A stretch of DNA of 63,813 nt from the NCBI GenBank assembly GCA_030265395.1, contig JARFYF010000017.1, positions 28,013,979 to 28,077,791 on the forward strand, in the 5' to 3' direction. The notes below the pieces were generated by a model. That model had not been told where the DNA came from, did no database searches, and was given only the letters and a program-made list of their open reading frames with translations. The position numbers were made by a program, and so were the translations under genes. The number at the start of each line of letters is the position of its first letter. The stretch's first letter is position 1. This document shows, one piece after another, positions 1 to 12,919 of the stretch. The stretch comes from Rhina ancylostomus (taxonomy: Eukaryota).

Positions 1-2199
1 CCAGCACATTATTGCTGCAGAATTATTCAGTGAGCCCCAAATGTAACCAAAGGGCATTTTCAGAAAATTCCCACTCTGGCACTGACTCCAGCCTAGCACA
101 CCCAATATGTTGGCAGTTTTGTCAACATTTGTCATAAAACCTGGGTCATTGTTTCAACAAGTAAAGTAGCTGCTGAGTTATATTTCTGCCATATCATTGA
201 GTGATGCTTTAGGTGTTTTGCAGAGGGATTTGAGTTCAATGGACAGCTATCTACATTTGACGGGAATAAATGCTGTACCTCAAGAGGCAAGCTTACATAA
301 ATAGATGTGAAATGAATGACTCCATCAATGCCCCTGCCATAAGCAACTCAGCAAGATGAGATATTAGTATGCATAATAATTTGTGGTTTGCTGGATAACA
401 TCAGGACGTGATGCCAGTGGAAATTCTCTTGGTAATCAAGAGGGGAATTCACAACACTTACACAGGCAAAACAATTAGTGGGCTGTATCCTTGGAACTTT
501 TGGTTTAATCCTTCCTGATGCTACAGCATGCTCCTGTGAAACTTAATTTATGTGGAATAATAATCTAATTTTTCTAATATTTAACAGTGAAGTGCATATT
601 GGATGATGGTACCATCTAGTACTGGAAGGATCCAATGACACAGGAAAATGTAGAATTGATCACAACTAATCCATTGAATGCAATGTTATTTCTTAGTAGA
701 ACATCTGGTTAGGAACCAACTAGTCAGATTGCATGCTTACCAGCTTCCACAAATTGTTTTGCATTTGAGATTCTGGTTGGTAGTGTGTGGTGCAAAGAGT
801 GGTAAATTTGCATTTACCCTATGAATCAGGTTCTTCTGCTGTTCTTGCTCTTTGAGAGATTTTATCAAAGACAAGCGGAATACTACACCCATACTACTGT
901 GCCTTCTCATTAGCTCTGTTGGAAATCTATTGTTCTCTTCATTCCTCTAGTTCTGGCAGTTCCCTGTGGAATTTTTTCATCAAATTCAATTATGCACAAT
1001 TAATGCATGTATCAATTAAGTAAATCCCAAGTAAATTTGCAAATTCCCAATTAATTTATGTTTAACAAGTTAAGAATGGATTCAAGCTGGATCATTGTGT
1101 GAACATATTCTGGGTTTATTCTTTCAGATAATTTTAGCAGCATGGGCAAAAGTTAGTGCTTGCTTTTTAACACATTATGATCTGATACATCTGTGGAAAT
1201 GTGTTTTATATTGCAATAATAAAGAAGATCATGCAAGCTAAAGAAATAGCATCAAGAACTCAAGCTAGAAGTCAATGGCCCAGTCTCTGTATAATGCCCT
1301 GAGTTCCTCTAGCCATCCACCCTGATACAGATTGCAACCTTTTTGGCAGACTCTCCACCATACCAAGCACGTTACTGTGCATAAGCATCAACTGTCTTCT
1401 GAAGCCTGACCCGTCAACTTTGCTAACTGTCCTTCCCATGTATCTCACATGTAACCTCTTCCTCCCAGTAAGCTGGAACATGCACTATCTTTACTCCTTG
1501 GCTGCAGGCCACCACTATCTTACCACATGCAGATCCTGTCCATGAGCTGTCTTCTAAAATGTATGCAGAGTTATCCTGAGTAGGTATCTCCATCACTCTT
1601 TTCTTGGTCTCCCTCTAGTGCCTGGCCAAGTTGCAGTTCTTTACTAACTGGAAAAAAAAGAATAAGTTTGTGGGGAGAAATGAGGAAAGAAAAGGAAAAG
1701 GTGGTTAATGCTTGTTAGTTTTTAAGTTAGAAGAAACTGTAGGCTATTGGGAAAGTGGCATGTGAAAGTGAGGGATAGATGTGGGGATGCCATTCTCTTC
1801 AGTAGTTTCAGTCGAGCAATTGGCCACCACTCCAGCCTCAGCCTCAGCTTCAACAATGGCCTTCCCAATGAGAGCTGCACATTGGTCTTACTGAAGGTTA
1901 GAATACACAGTGACCTCTGGTCTTGGAAGTTTCGAAATTGATATCTTTGTTTAGTGGAAGAAGGCATCCAGAATTACAATGTGGCTTTGGAAGTAATCAA
2001 GAAATCTTGACTGGGTCTTGCTTACTTTCTAAATTCAGAAACACAGGGAGTAAAGTGAAGAAAGGTCCCTCTGATGCAAGGTCATTGACCCGAAACATTT
2101 GCTGACATCAAAGAAGCATATGAGATGTTCATGCCTTCCAGACTTTGAAGAAAATTAAGTTGTCAGAGAAGTTTTGATTAGTTTTAAACCTGCTCCATG

Positions 2200-2930
2200 A
2201 TGTGATGCCTGTCACTGTTTGTCCTAAAGATGCACTGTCCAGATTATTCCCTCGTTCCAATGTTGTGAAGTGAAGATGTGAAATTGAAGACTGATACATT
2301 GATACATGTTTATGTTGCCATGTTAGGGATGCAAAAAGATTTTTGGGTCAGAATTAGGATATGAATCTGCATGATGGGGATGCACATTGAGTTATTGAGG
2401 CTTCAAGTAACAACCAAATAAATTCACCTGGAACTTTTGGTATACAGATGAATGTGCACTTGTGGTACATTCCAAAGGAAACTTGCAATGGATGATAAAT
2501 AGAATTTCGGTTTCTGCTACCAGCTACAATCTTTGTATTAGTCTGAAGAAGACTGCAGTAATGTATGTACCAGCCTCTGGGCAGTTAAAAACTAGACCAT
2601 GGATCCCTATTGGCAAAACAGAATTGAATGTGATTGAGGAGTTCACTGATCTTGAAATTTGTCACCTGATGTTGCAAAGATTAATAAGGAAATGATACCT
2701 CACACACAGAGAGCAAACAATTTAGTGGTTGGATTTAGTACAATAGCAATATCACCACAAATCTGAAGAGTTATAAGATGGTTGTTCTTACAGATCTCCA
2801 TGGATGTGAAACATGGACACGCCACAGGAGGTACGTTTAATTGCTGTAAATTTTTCACTAAAGTAGTCTTTATAACTTATTTTTCCTTAGTTGGAAGAAC
2901 ATGATTACTAATAGCAAAGTACAGGATAGT
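2200..2930 (+). mobile_element. RTE-clade LINE reverse-transcriptase remnant
   Basis: Decayed RT translation VHSKGNLQWMINRISVSATSYNLCISLKKTAVMY...P.I.IG..LNVIEEF, followed by a GCETWT-like segment (ggatgtgaaacatggaca), typical of RTE ORFs. Confidence 0.7.
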
Positions 2931-3599
2931 GCAGGCAGAATCTGCTGTGCACAACAGCTGTCTTATTGTGGGCTTTCTTCTTCTTCTTGGTCTTCATCTT
3001 TTCTAGCTAATCAATGTGTTAAGCAAAGACAAGCAAAGGTGAGCCAAGGCAAGCCAAGGTGAAGTATTCACCTCAAACTAGCCATAGTTAGCTTACAAAG
3101 AAATAAACAGAATTATACCTTCAATGGAGAATAATTTAAAATTTAATTCCTTAATAATATTGATACCTTGGTTCTGGAAAGTTGCCCAAAAAAAGAGAGC
3201 ACATTTACCCAAGTAGACAAAGTATGATTCCAGATCAGGGCTGCATTAGCTGCTTTCGTTTGGATTGCAGTACAAGTGCCATTGGATCAATTTAAAAAAT
3301 AAGCTGAATAAGGTTCTGGGCTCCTGACCTCTATGTAATGGCCATTTTTTGGAGGTGAANNNNNNNNNNNNNNNNNNNNNNNNNNNNNNNNNNNNNNNNN
3401 NNNNNNNNNNNNNNNNNNNNNNNNNNCACATATGTACAGGGATTACTCTGTGAAGTGGAGATGAAATGAAGATCTGCACTGCAGACAGCAGCCAGGCTGT
3501 TCCAATATAATTACAACAATGGCTACTACCTGACGATATGCAAAATTGCCCAAGTATATCCAGTTCACAAAAAGCAGGACAAATCCAATCTGGCAAGGT

Positions 3600-4850
3600 A
3601 CCACCCAATCAGTTTTCCCTCAAGAATCAACAAAGTGATGGAAGATGTCATCAACAGTGCAATCAAGTGACATCTCTCAATTACCTGCTGATGCCCAGTT
3701 TGTGATTCACCAAAATCTCTTGGCTTCTGACCTCATCACAGCCTTGAGGCAAAAAAAGGTCAACAAACTACATTGCAGAGGAGAGGCAAGTGTGATGGCC
3801 TTGATTTCAAGGCAGCATTTAGCAAAGCAAGGAGTCCTGGTAAACTTGTCTCAAGAGGAAAACAGTCCAATGATTGGCATCATACCTCACACAAAGCAAA
3901 AAGTTGTGATTGTTGGAAGTCAATCATCCCAGCCACAGGCATCACTGCAGGAGTTCCTCAGAACAGTGCCCTAGGCCCAAACATCTTCAGCTACTTCATC
4001 AATGACCTCCCTTCCATTATATTGTCAGCAGTAGGGATGTTCGTTTCTGACTGCACAATGTTTAATTCATTAGTAAAGCAGCCTATGCCTTGACGCAGCA
4101 GGACTGAGACAGTAATCTGGCATGGGTTGATAAGTGGCAATAGCCTTCGTACCACCAAAGCAGCAAACGATGACCACCATGAGATTCAAGGGTATTACCA
4201 TGGTTGAAACTGTACCATCTTTGGTGGTCACCATTGATCAGAAATTCAACTGGAAGAGCTATATAAATAATGTGGTTACACAAGCAGGTTACAGAGAGAA
4301 ACTGGGTACCCTGTGGTGAGTAACTCACCTCCCAATTCCCCGAGGCCTTTCCAGTTTTCTATTGCCTGAGTGAATGCAGCTCCAACTTCTCTCAAGAAAC
4401 TCAGTGCCATCTTGGACAATGCAGCCTGTTTGACCGGCACCCCACAAACTATCCAAAAGCTTCATTTCCTTCACCACTGCCACATAGAGGCTGCACTGCA
4501 TCCTATCTACAAAATGCACTATGGTCAGTCACCCAAGCTACACTGACAGCTCCATCCAAACCTGCAAGTTCTGTCACCAAGAAGGTCAAGGGCAGCAGGT
4601 TGATGGGAACATCAGTACCAGCAGTTTCTTTCCAAGTTGTACACCAACCTGACTGGGAAATACATTGCTGGCCCTTCATCATCATTGAGTCTAAATTCTG
4701 CAGCTCCCTACACAATAACATTTGTAGTACCTTTACCAGAAGGGCAGCAACAGCCTGAGAAGGCTGCTCACCACCATTTTCTTAAGAGCACTGAAAGATA
4801 GCAGATATTGGTCTTTGCAGTGACACACAGATACTGAAAAGTGAGAATGA
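3600..4850 (+). mobile_element. CR1-group LINE, 3' part of ORF2 plus 3' UTR (decayed)
   Basis: RT motifs DFKAAF and GVPQNSALGPNIFSYFINDLP...GMFVSDCT (decayed FADD). The 3' tail (gagaaggctgctcaccaccattttcttaag) is shared with copies near 17.6-18.3 kb and 23.8-24.3 kb. Confidence 0.8.
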
Positions 4851-4959
4851 AAACACTTCATTCTTGAAGGTAAAGATGAATGAGATGCACATTATTTGTG
4901 TCTGAAGCCACACCCAAAAAAGAGGTTTGTTTAAAGAGAAACCAAGACCATTTGCCCAT

Positions 4960-5995
4960 TAACACAAGAACATATATCTACCCTGTCATATCACTTAGGA
5001 TCTTACACATTTCAATAAGATCACCCCTCATTCCTCTAAACTCCAAACAATATAGATCTAACATTTTTAGTAATAGGGCAAGCCTCTCAATCCAGGAATT
5101 TGTTTGGTGAATCTCTCCTGGAATGTCTCCAATGATTGTATATCCTCTCTTAAATCAGGGGACCAAGACACCATACACCAGGTGCAGTATCACCTATACA
5201 ATTGTAACACTACTTCTGAATTTCTAAACTCCAAACCCTTTGCAATAAGGGACAGTGTACCTTTTGCCTTCTTACCTAATGGCTGCATCTGCTTGCTAAC
5301 TTTTTGTGTTTCACACGCAAAAAAAACTAGATTCCTCATTTGCACTTTCTCTCCTTTTAGATAAGGTCTGGCTTTTGATTCATCCTACTGATCATGTGCA
5401 TGACCTCATACTTTCTTACATTAAACTCCATTTGCCAAGTTTTTGTCCACTCTGTCAAACTATCAATATCCTATTGCAGGATCCAAATATTCACATTAGA
5501 GCATGGCCTACATTTATTTTAGAGTCATCAGCAAACTTTGTTACCCCACATTGCCCCCTCCTCCAAGTCAATAATACAGATAGTAAATAATTGTGTACCA
5601 AGAACTGATCCTTGGGGCACTCCACCAATTATATCCTTCCAGCCTAAAGAAGACTAACTTACTCCAACACTTTTTCTTCTATGTGATACCAGGTCTTCAC
5701 TCCACGTCAACACATTCCCTCAATACCAGCATCATCTTGTGTAACAGCCTTTTATGTGGTACCTTATCAACTGCTTTCTGGAAATTCAAATACATCATAT
5801 CTACAGACTCCTCTCATCAACTCTGCTTATTACATTCTAGTAGAACTTGAGAAAATTTGTCAAATGTCATTTGTCTTTGCTTGTTTGCATTAAACTTCTC
5901 TAAATGATGAAAGTAACCAGCAATGTGCAAATATCAAATGCTGAGCTAATTGGCCTATACTTTCCTGTATTTTGTCCCCCTCCTTTCTTGAACAA
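4960..5995 (-). mobile_element. CR1 LINE fragment
   Basis: The antisense strand encodes CR1 RT pieces (YLNFQKAVDKVPHKRL, GVPQGSVLG, FADDSKI-like). Confidence 0.8.
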
Positions 5996-8239
5996 ACCTT
6001 AAAATATGAATATGATTCTTGATCCTGAATTTAAAATAATTTAATTTCCTTTGAAGCTTGGTTCAATTTGGCAGAATAACTATAGCAATGAAACAAAAAG
6101 CACTATTCTCAAGACCATATTTACTTCCCTTTGCAATTCGATGTCATTAAAGTGAACAATCCAAATTGCCAAATAATGGCCAAATTTGAGTATAGATGAA
6201 TTAAATTGAAAAGATCTAATTCACATCCATCACATTTCATCAATGACCAAAATGAACTGTGAAAATCAAATGATGTGTCCCACAATCATTCACTCAAGGT
6301 ATAGGAGCAAGTTCAAGTGAAGACAATTCAACAGCATGTATATTTAATAGTAGTTGAATGTAACTTTTGAAAATTCATTCAGGATAACAACATGTATCTC
6401 TTTAACTTTGATCATCATAAAATGGATTCTTAGTGGATGACTCCTTAATTGTTTAATAATGCTTTAAACAAATAAGCAGCTCTAAAAAATTATGTCCCTG
6501 GAATTTATATTAGCAACATGCCTACAAAGAATTGATTCACTAATCGGGTTTGACAGCCTGAATGTTAAACAGAACATTAGAATCAAATGTCAAATCTCCT
6601 GCACAAAATCATCTTCTATTAAAATCTAAACCACTTAAGTGCAAATCTACTGAAGAATATTTGGTTCATGCAAATCTTCAAGTGTATTGCTACTTTAAAA
6701 AATAAACCTCATCTGTTAATTTTCAATTATTTTAACCAAAAAAAAACATTCTGTCTATACAACTGGAAGAATCATCTGCCAGCAGTATTATGCTGCAGTA
6801 TTACTTCAGATAGCCAATATTTCATCCAAGCAACTAGAGAATTTTATTGATGATCTTTGGGTTAGAGGAGAGTTTCATCGCAACAATGAATCTAGTTATT
6901 TACAAAACAATCTAATTTTCTGCAATTGACAAATTTTGTCATATGTAAAAATGTTGTCCTGTATAATAAACGCATTGTTTGGATGTAGTCAGACTNNNNN
7001 NNNNNNNNNNNNNNNNNNNNNNNNNNNNNNNNNNNNNNNNNNNNNNNNNNNNNNNNNNNNNNNNNNNNNNNNNNNNNNNNNNNNNNNNNNNNNNNNNNNN
7101 NNNNNNNNNNNNNNNNNNNNNNNNNNNNNNNNNNNNNNNNNNNNNNNNNNNNNNNNNNNNNNNNNNNNNNNNNNNNNNNNNNNNNNNNNNNNNNNNNNNN
7201 NNNNNNNNNNNNNNNNNNNNNNNNNNNNNNNNNNNNNNNNNNNNNNNNNNNNNNNNNNNNNNNNNNNNNNNNNNNNNNNNNNNNNNNNNNNNNNNNNNNN
7301 NNNNNNNNNNNNNNNNNNNNNNNNNNNNNNNNNNNNNNNNNNNNNNNNNNNNNNNNNNNNNNNNNNNNNNNNNNNNNNNNNNNNNNNNNNNNNNNNNNNN
7401 NNNNNNNNNNNNNNNNNNNNNNAACATTCTAACATTTTTACTTTTATTTTACTTATTATCATAAATAGTTATTAATAAAGTAGTTTTTAACACTTATACC
7501 ATGACTCGGTGTGTTTATTTTGTTGCTGGTTCGCAACAGAAGCAGCTTATTTTACCATTTTTTGTATTGTTCCTGTGTAATCACACCTGATGCACAAATT
7601 CACCTCTGCCTTATCTTATCATGCCATACCCTAATTGCAAGAAATGCACCCAACTCTCTTTGCATCAGCATGCATTTAGCATTCCTCTCACCAACCATTT
7701 TGAGTGATACTGTTACCTTTGCATCAATGTGTGCGAAATTGCAGCAGTTTTCTATGGTATACATGCATATGGTGGCACTGCCAGAGATAATTTCACTGGA
7801 AGTTATAACAGGATGTTTTTAACACATCCAACAATGCTAGATTTTAACACAAAATAATGTTAATATCGTGAAATAAATGCTGTTCAGATTTTGTTTGCAA
7901 CTGATAGTAATTCAATACCACTTTTTCTTTTAGACATTGATATAGAGGATATAATAAACTCCAATTAATTTTTTAAAACAGTGCAGTCCAACAACATTGC
8001 ATATTATTTATAGACTACCTTTAACAGATTTTTTTGAAAATGTAACTGGCAGCATATATAAAAGGGAGACATTCTTGGATAGGCACATGAAAATACAGGG
8101 AATAGAGGCTATAGACTTGTGTAGACAGAAAGGACTAATTTAGTAGGCTTTTGATTACTAGTTTAATTAATTTGGCACAATATCAGAGGCCAAAGGGCCT
8201 GTTCCTGTGCTGTACTGTTCAATGTTTTATACTCTATGT

Positions 8240-10220
8240 AGAATATCTGGATTTTCAAAAAGCATTTAAAAAGGTTCAACATAAAAGCTTATTATAAAAA
8301 ACAATGTGTCACAGGCTTGGGGGATAACATTGTGATGGATGGAGAATTGGTTAAAAGACAGAAAACAGAGAGTATGAATGAACAGGCTTTTTTCAGGTTG
8401 ACAGACTGTTTCTCAAGGGGAGCACAGGGATCAATCCCAGGTCCTCAGCTAATCACAATTTATATTAATGATTTAAATACAAGGAAATAAGACACTGTAT
8501 CCACAGTGCAGGTAGAGTGAGGATAGTGTGCATGTAGCAAAATTGAAGACATTAACAATATACACTTCAAAAGTACAATATCAAATAGGCAGATCCTGAA
8601 GATGTGAAAGATATTATTGAAATATAGATGTTTCTTCTTTTGTTTCTTTGCTTTTAACTTTTGCAATTCTTTTTAAGCATTGAGATACCTGTTAATGCTG
8701 GTGCACAGAGGGACCTTGCTGCACTGCTTCATGGATCATAGATCAGTGACCAGGCTCTGAACCCTTTGTCAACTTGTTCGCCAAAGCATTTGAGAAAATG
8801 GATTTTACACTAATCATTCACACAGTAATGTTGTCTCCCAACCTGTCCTCTCCCACAACATGCTTCTCTCACCACTCTCCCCTGCAACCAACAGTTAAGT
8901 CTAATGTGGACCACTTTCCATGTCAGAAGTTATCTCTCGGTGAAGGCAGATATTGATAATGAAATTCACCATCACTTTCAATGCTCCACCAAACCTTTCA
9001 GTTATTGAGGAAAACAGTATCTGAAGACCTAGGTAACAGTGATCTTTGCCCTCCTATATGGTTCATAGATGTAGACTATTCAGAGTACTGAAGAGATTCC
9101 ACCAATGTTGCCTCTGCAATAATCCTCCAAATTCATTGGTAGAATAAGTGAACCAACATCAGAGCCTTCTCCTAGACAAACTCTGAGACCCTAATTATAC
9201 TCAGTCAGATCCACTGGGCAGACCATGTCATTTGTATTTCCAACACTATATTCACACAACAGTCATTCTATCCCGAGCTCTGTCAAGGAAAGGAATTGCC
9301 ATGTGGACAGAGAAAATACTTCAAAGATGTTCCCAAGTCTTCCTTAAAAGAGTGTAACAACTCCACAAACATATGGAAATCCCTGGCCCAAAACTCAAGG
9401 TGGAGGAGCCTTTGGGGGATGGCATTGGCAACCTTGAGTCTTTTATCAGAGACACACAGAAAACACAATATGAATGGAGGAAGGAAAACACCACCACCTA
9501 AAGAAACTGCTTGCATTTTTCATCGATAGTTCCTGTCCCTGCTGTGGTAAAGTCTGCAAATCTCAATAGCCTCCTCAGCCACCTCGGAACCCACAGAAAT
9601 GGACTGGAAGCAAGTCATCCTCATCTCTGAGGAAATGGTAAGCATGCAGGAACAGCAAGTAATCCAGAAGACAAATTGTATGTTGAAGTGAAAAGGTAAG
9701 CTGATTGCTGAGATTGTGCAAGGCTTTGGAAATCTCTGTTTAGTTTTGATCTCCTTACCTAAAGCAGGATATATTTAGTTTAGAGTCAGCACAGCATTAA
9801 TTCACAATATTGAGCCCTGGGATGAGAGAGTTGTTCTGTGAAGAGACAGTAAGGAAGACTGCCCTACACTCACTGGAGTTTAACAAAATGAGAGGTGATC
9901 TCAATGTGGCATTTGAGCATTCTGGGAGGGGTAGGATCCAGCTGTAACTAGGAGCATTGTCTCACGATAATGGGTCATTATTTAGAAATGAGATGAGGAG
10001 AAATTTATTTTGTGAAGGATTGTCAATCTTTGGAATTCTCTACTTTTGAGGACTGTGGTTGCTCAGTCATTACACACATCCAAGGCTGAGATCACAAGAC
10101 ATTGGTTTACTCGGGATCAGGTGGGAAAATGAACAAGAGACAAAGGTTTAGCCATGATCTTACTGAATGATGGAGCAGGCTTGAGGAGCCAAAGGGCCTT
10201 CTCCTGCTATTTGTTCTGTT
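8240..10220 (+). mobile_element. CR1 LINE (RT to 3' end), interrupted by an RTE element
   Basis: YLDFQKAF.KV.HK at ~8245 and QRDL...H.S at ~8705-8740. It resumes SMQ.QQVI.K.N.ML at ~9640 and ends in a CR1 tail (ggagcaggcttgaggagccaaagggccttctcctgct) near 10210. Confidence 0.75.
8745..9632 (+). mobile_element. RTE-clade LINE 3' fragment nested in CR1
   Basis: NVDHFP...KADIDNEIHH and GQRKYFKDVPKSSLKEC...WKSLAQ..RWRS. A terminal C-x2-C...H-x3-H-like motif (CPCCGKVC...SHLGTH) lies at ~9530-9600. Confidence 0.75.
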
Positions 10221-10939
10221 CACATCCATAAACTTGTTGACTTTACGTGCAAATATTTCCATTACTGAATGAATACACTCTGAATTAGTTAATACGCTTG
10301 CAGCATATTATGCAGAAAATGGACTCTTAAGAATCAATCACCTTGCTGCCTACTGGTACTGTCTGTGCTGACATAATCTGGAAAGGAGCTTTAAAGCCTT
10401 TCCCTGAACTGGAAGCACTGCAAGGTGCAGATTGCATTCTGAATGCTTAATATAATGTATCATTTGTAGATTTGTAGTGCTAGGAGGGCATTTGTTTTTG
10501 TTTCCAATGGACAGTGAGGCAACTCAATATACTATCAAAAAAGCATGGAGAACATGAACACCTGAAGGAAGTCTCTCACCCAATGAACTAATCTATCTCT
10601 CTTTCTCGGATGTTTAATGAATGGTGTGCAGTTCTGAGTACTTTTATTTCAAAGATCCAACCTACATGGCTTTTATTTTTGTATTCAAATAGCTTACATA
10701 ATCTCACTATGCCTAAAGTTAATAAATATTCAATATTAGCAACTTTGCGCTTGGTATATCTAATAATGGCATCAAATAAACCAAGGTGTTGAAATAATAT
10801 CAGACTGAATTTACAAATCATAGTAATAATTCTTGCCAATAAGTCAAACATGGAAATAAATATTTATTGAAAGCTGTTTGGTCCAAATTATAAAAAAATC
10901 AGCAACTTTGGCTAATTTCTTCCTGCAGTTTTTAATTTT

Positions 10940-11343
10940 ATGGGCTTGTCGCGGCTAGCTACACTGAATAAAGACATGAGACACTTGTTTGGAGTTCAAG
11001 AGTCGAATGAACGACTGGGGTGCGCTGCCCCTTTAATAAACACAGTTCCCGTGCTGACGTCATGCGCAGGCTCCACTAGCCCAACAAAGAAGGAGTGCCC
11101 CGCGCCATCTTGTGTTGGGGCCTCCGACGATGCTCGCGATCGTGGGAGCNNNNNNNNNNNNNNNNNNNNNNNNNNNNNNNNNNNNNNNNNNNNNNNNNNN
11201 NNNNNNNNNNNNNNNNNNNNNNNNNNNNNNNNNNNNNNNNNNNNNNNNNCACTAGCCCACAAAGAAGGAGTGCCCCACGCCATCTTGTGTCGGGGCCTCC
11301 GACGACGCTCGTGATTGTGGGAGCCGATTTGTGAAAGGTAAGT
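10940..11343 (+). promoter_or_regulatory. Orphan CpG-rich promoter-like element with a putative non-coding first exon
   Basis: Local CpG cluster. CRE TGACGTCA (11055-11062) abuts TGCGCA (NRF-1 half site, 11063-11068). YY1 motif CGCCATCTTG occurs at 11103-11112 and 11278-11287. A consensus donor AAG|GTAAGT sits at 11337/11338. Confidence 0.5.
11074..11324. repeat. ~75-bp direct repeat (two visible copies flanking a 100-N gap; possible collapsed tandem array)
   Basis: 11074-11149 and 11250-11324 align end to end (cactagccc...gtgggagc) with 5 substitutions and one 1-nt indel. Confidence 0.85.
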
Positions 11344-11944
11344 CGCCACAGGCTTATAATAAAGAGCTAATCTTAGAGCAGAGCATTAATGATTAATTCT
11401 GTAAGTAGAATGGACAGAAACATTGATGCTTTCTTGCTCAGTGAGACTCAGTATACTGGCCAGGAGGGAAATAAATGATCTGAAACTGGCCTGAAGACAC
11501 TGATGAGCCTGTGTTAATTAATGGCCATATCAGTGAAAGTTTAGTTTTGAACAATTCTGGTTCTTACACTTACTTAAGCATATTGGGATACCTGATGGTT
11601 TTATTGATAGAATCTTGTCCTTCTATCAGAATGTACAATAAATCAATTAAATGTTTGTGCTAACAACACTTGATTAATTTAATCCCAATTGATGATAGCA
11701 CCAGTGATTTAGATGACTTGTCAATACAATGTATCAAACTGAAAATTTAATTACAATGTAAATATTGTGAGCTTTTTAATTCACTCTCTGCATACTGACC
11801 TTAAAAAGTCTAATTTTAGAATGTTTGTATTGAGCCTTATTTGCATGGTAATAAATTTTAAAAAAACATAGCCTCAATTTGCAGGGATAACGGAAAATGG
11901 CATGGAACTCAAGGGCAAAAGTGGAAGAAGATATGAAAACAATA

Positions 11945-12170
11945 TTCAGGCCCTGAAATGTTGACTGCCTGCTTTTCTCCACGGATGCTGCCTGGCCTGC
12001 TGAGTTCCCCCAGCATCATCGGGATGAAAACTAAGATGAATATGTCCACAGTCCAGATACAGGTTCTTGATCCGAAAGGTCAGCTGTCCATTTTGTCCAC
12101 AGATGCTGCCTGACCCACTGAGACCCTCCAGCAGCTCCAGATTCTAGCATCTACAGTCTCTTGTGTCTCC
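11945..12170 (+). mobile_element. Two tandem Penelope-like element 3' tails
   Basis: Two copies of the recurrent tail ...gaaa(t/g)gt..ga/gctg...gatgctgcct(g)(g/a)cc..ctgag..ccc.cagca, the same tail that follows GIY-YIG sequence at 57.8-58.4 kb. Confidence 0.65.
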
Positions 12171-12919
12171 TAAAAACCTAAACTTATCAATTATCAACTT
12201 CTGGCCTCATTCGTCTATGTGTACTCCAGCTTTCCCTGAGAGACAGTTTCTTCCAATACTGTTTGCTATATGAGAAGAATAATATGAAGATTGTTGAACA
12301 AGAAATAGTTAATTAAATGCTCAGTCAATTGGAATCTTGTGTAGGCTGCAAGAACTCATACAAAAAGAACTATAGAAGAAGGAATGTTTGTACATAATCA
12401 AATATGGGCCTAAGCTGCAGAACAAAGTAGAAAATAATTGGGAATCATTTAAGCTGGATTTGAAAGGGCAGAGGGCAGTCACTGGTAGAGCTCTATACTG
12501 CAGGCTTTCAGATTCCACAATGGCTTGCAATACTTGTCTTAATCTTACCACATCTGCTGATTTAAGTCAGTTGATAAGATCTGTGCAAAACAAATAAACA
12601 GGTGGACTAATACAAGACAACGTTCATGTATATATGAAATGTGAGGAAGACATTTAGAAAGGACATGTCCTATTTTAAAACAGACTGGGCAATTGCTGAG
12701 TGGGAAGTGAGAGTCCCACGGGAACACATCATCAGGCACATTCCCAGTCTGTTGTTACATTTCTCAAGGAGAATAACATTAATATTTGAGGTAGGTGATC
12801 GACATACCTACATCAAAATTCTGAAAAAAATGTTTAACATGTTGCTGTAAATAGCACCAACATATTATAATGGTTTCCACAAGTTACAGTTAGTAATATC
12901 AATAGAAATACAAAACAGT

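Noticed and set aside
6936-7475. Long ORFs of 157-179 aa in four frames (similar cases at 21125-21490, 38290-38742, 55828-56158)
   Set aside because: They consist mostly of X residues from N-gaps, so they are assembly artefacts rather than genes.
11074-11324. Direct repeats around a spacer as a CRISPR-like array
   Set aside because: The context is eukaryotic, the unit is ~75 bp, the 'spacer' is an N-gap and there are no cas genes.
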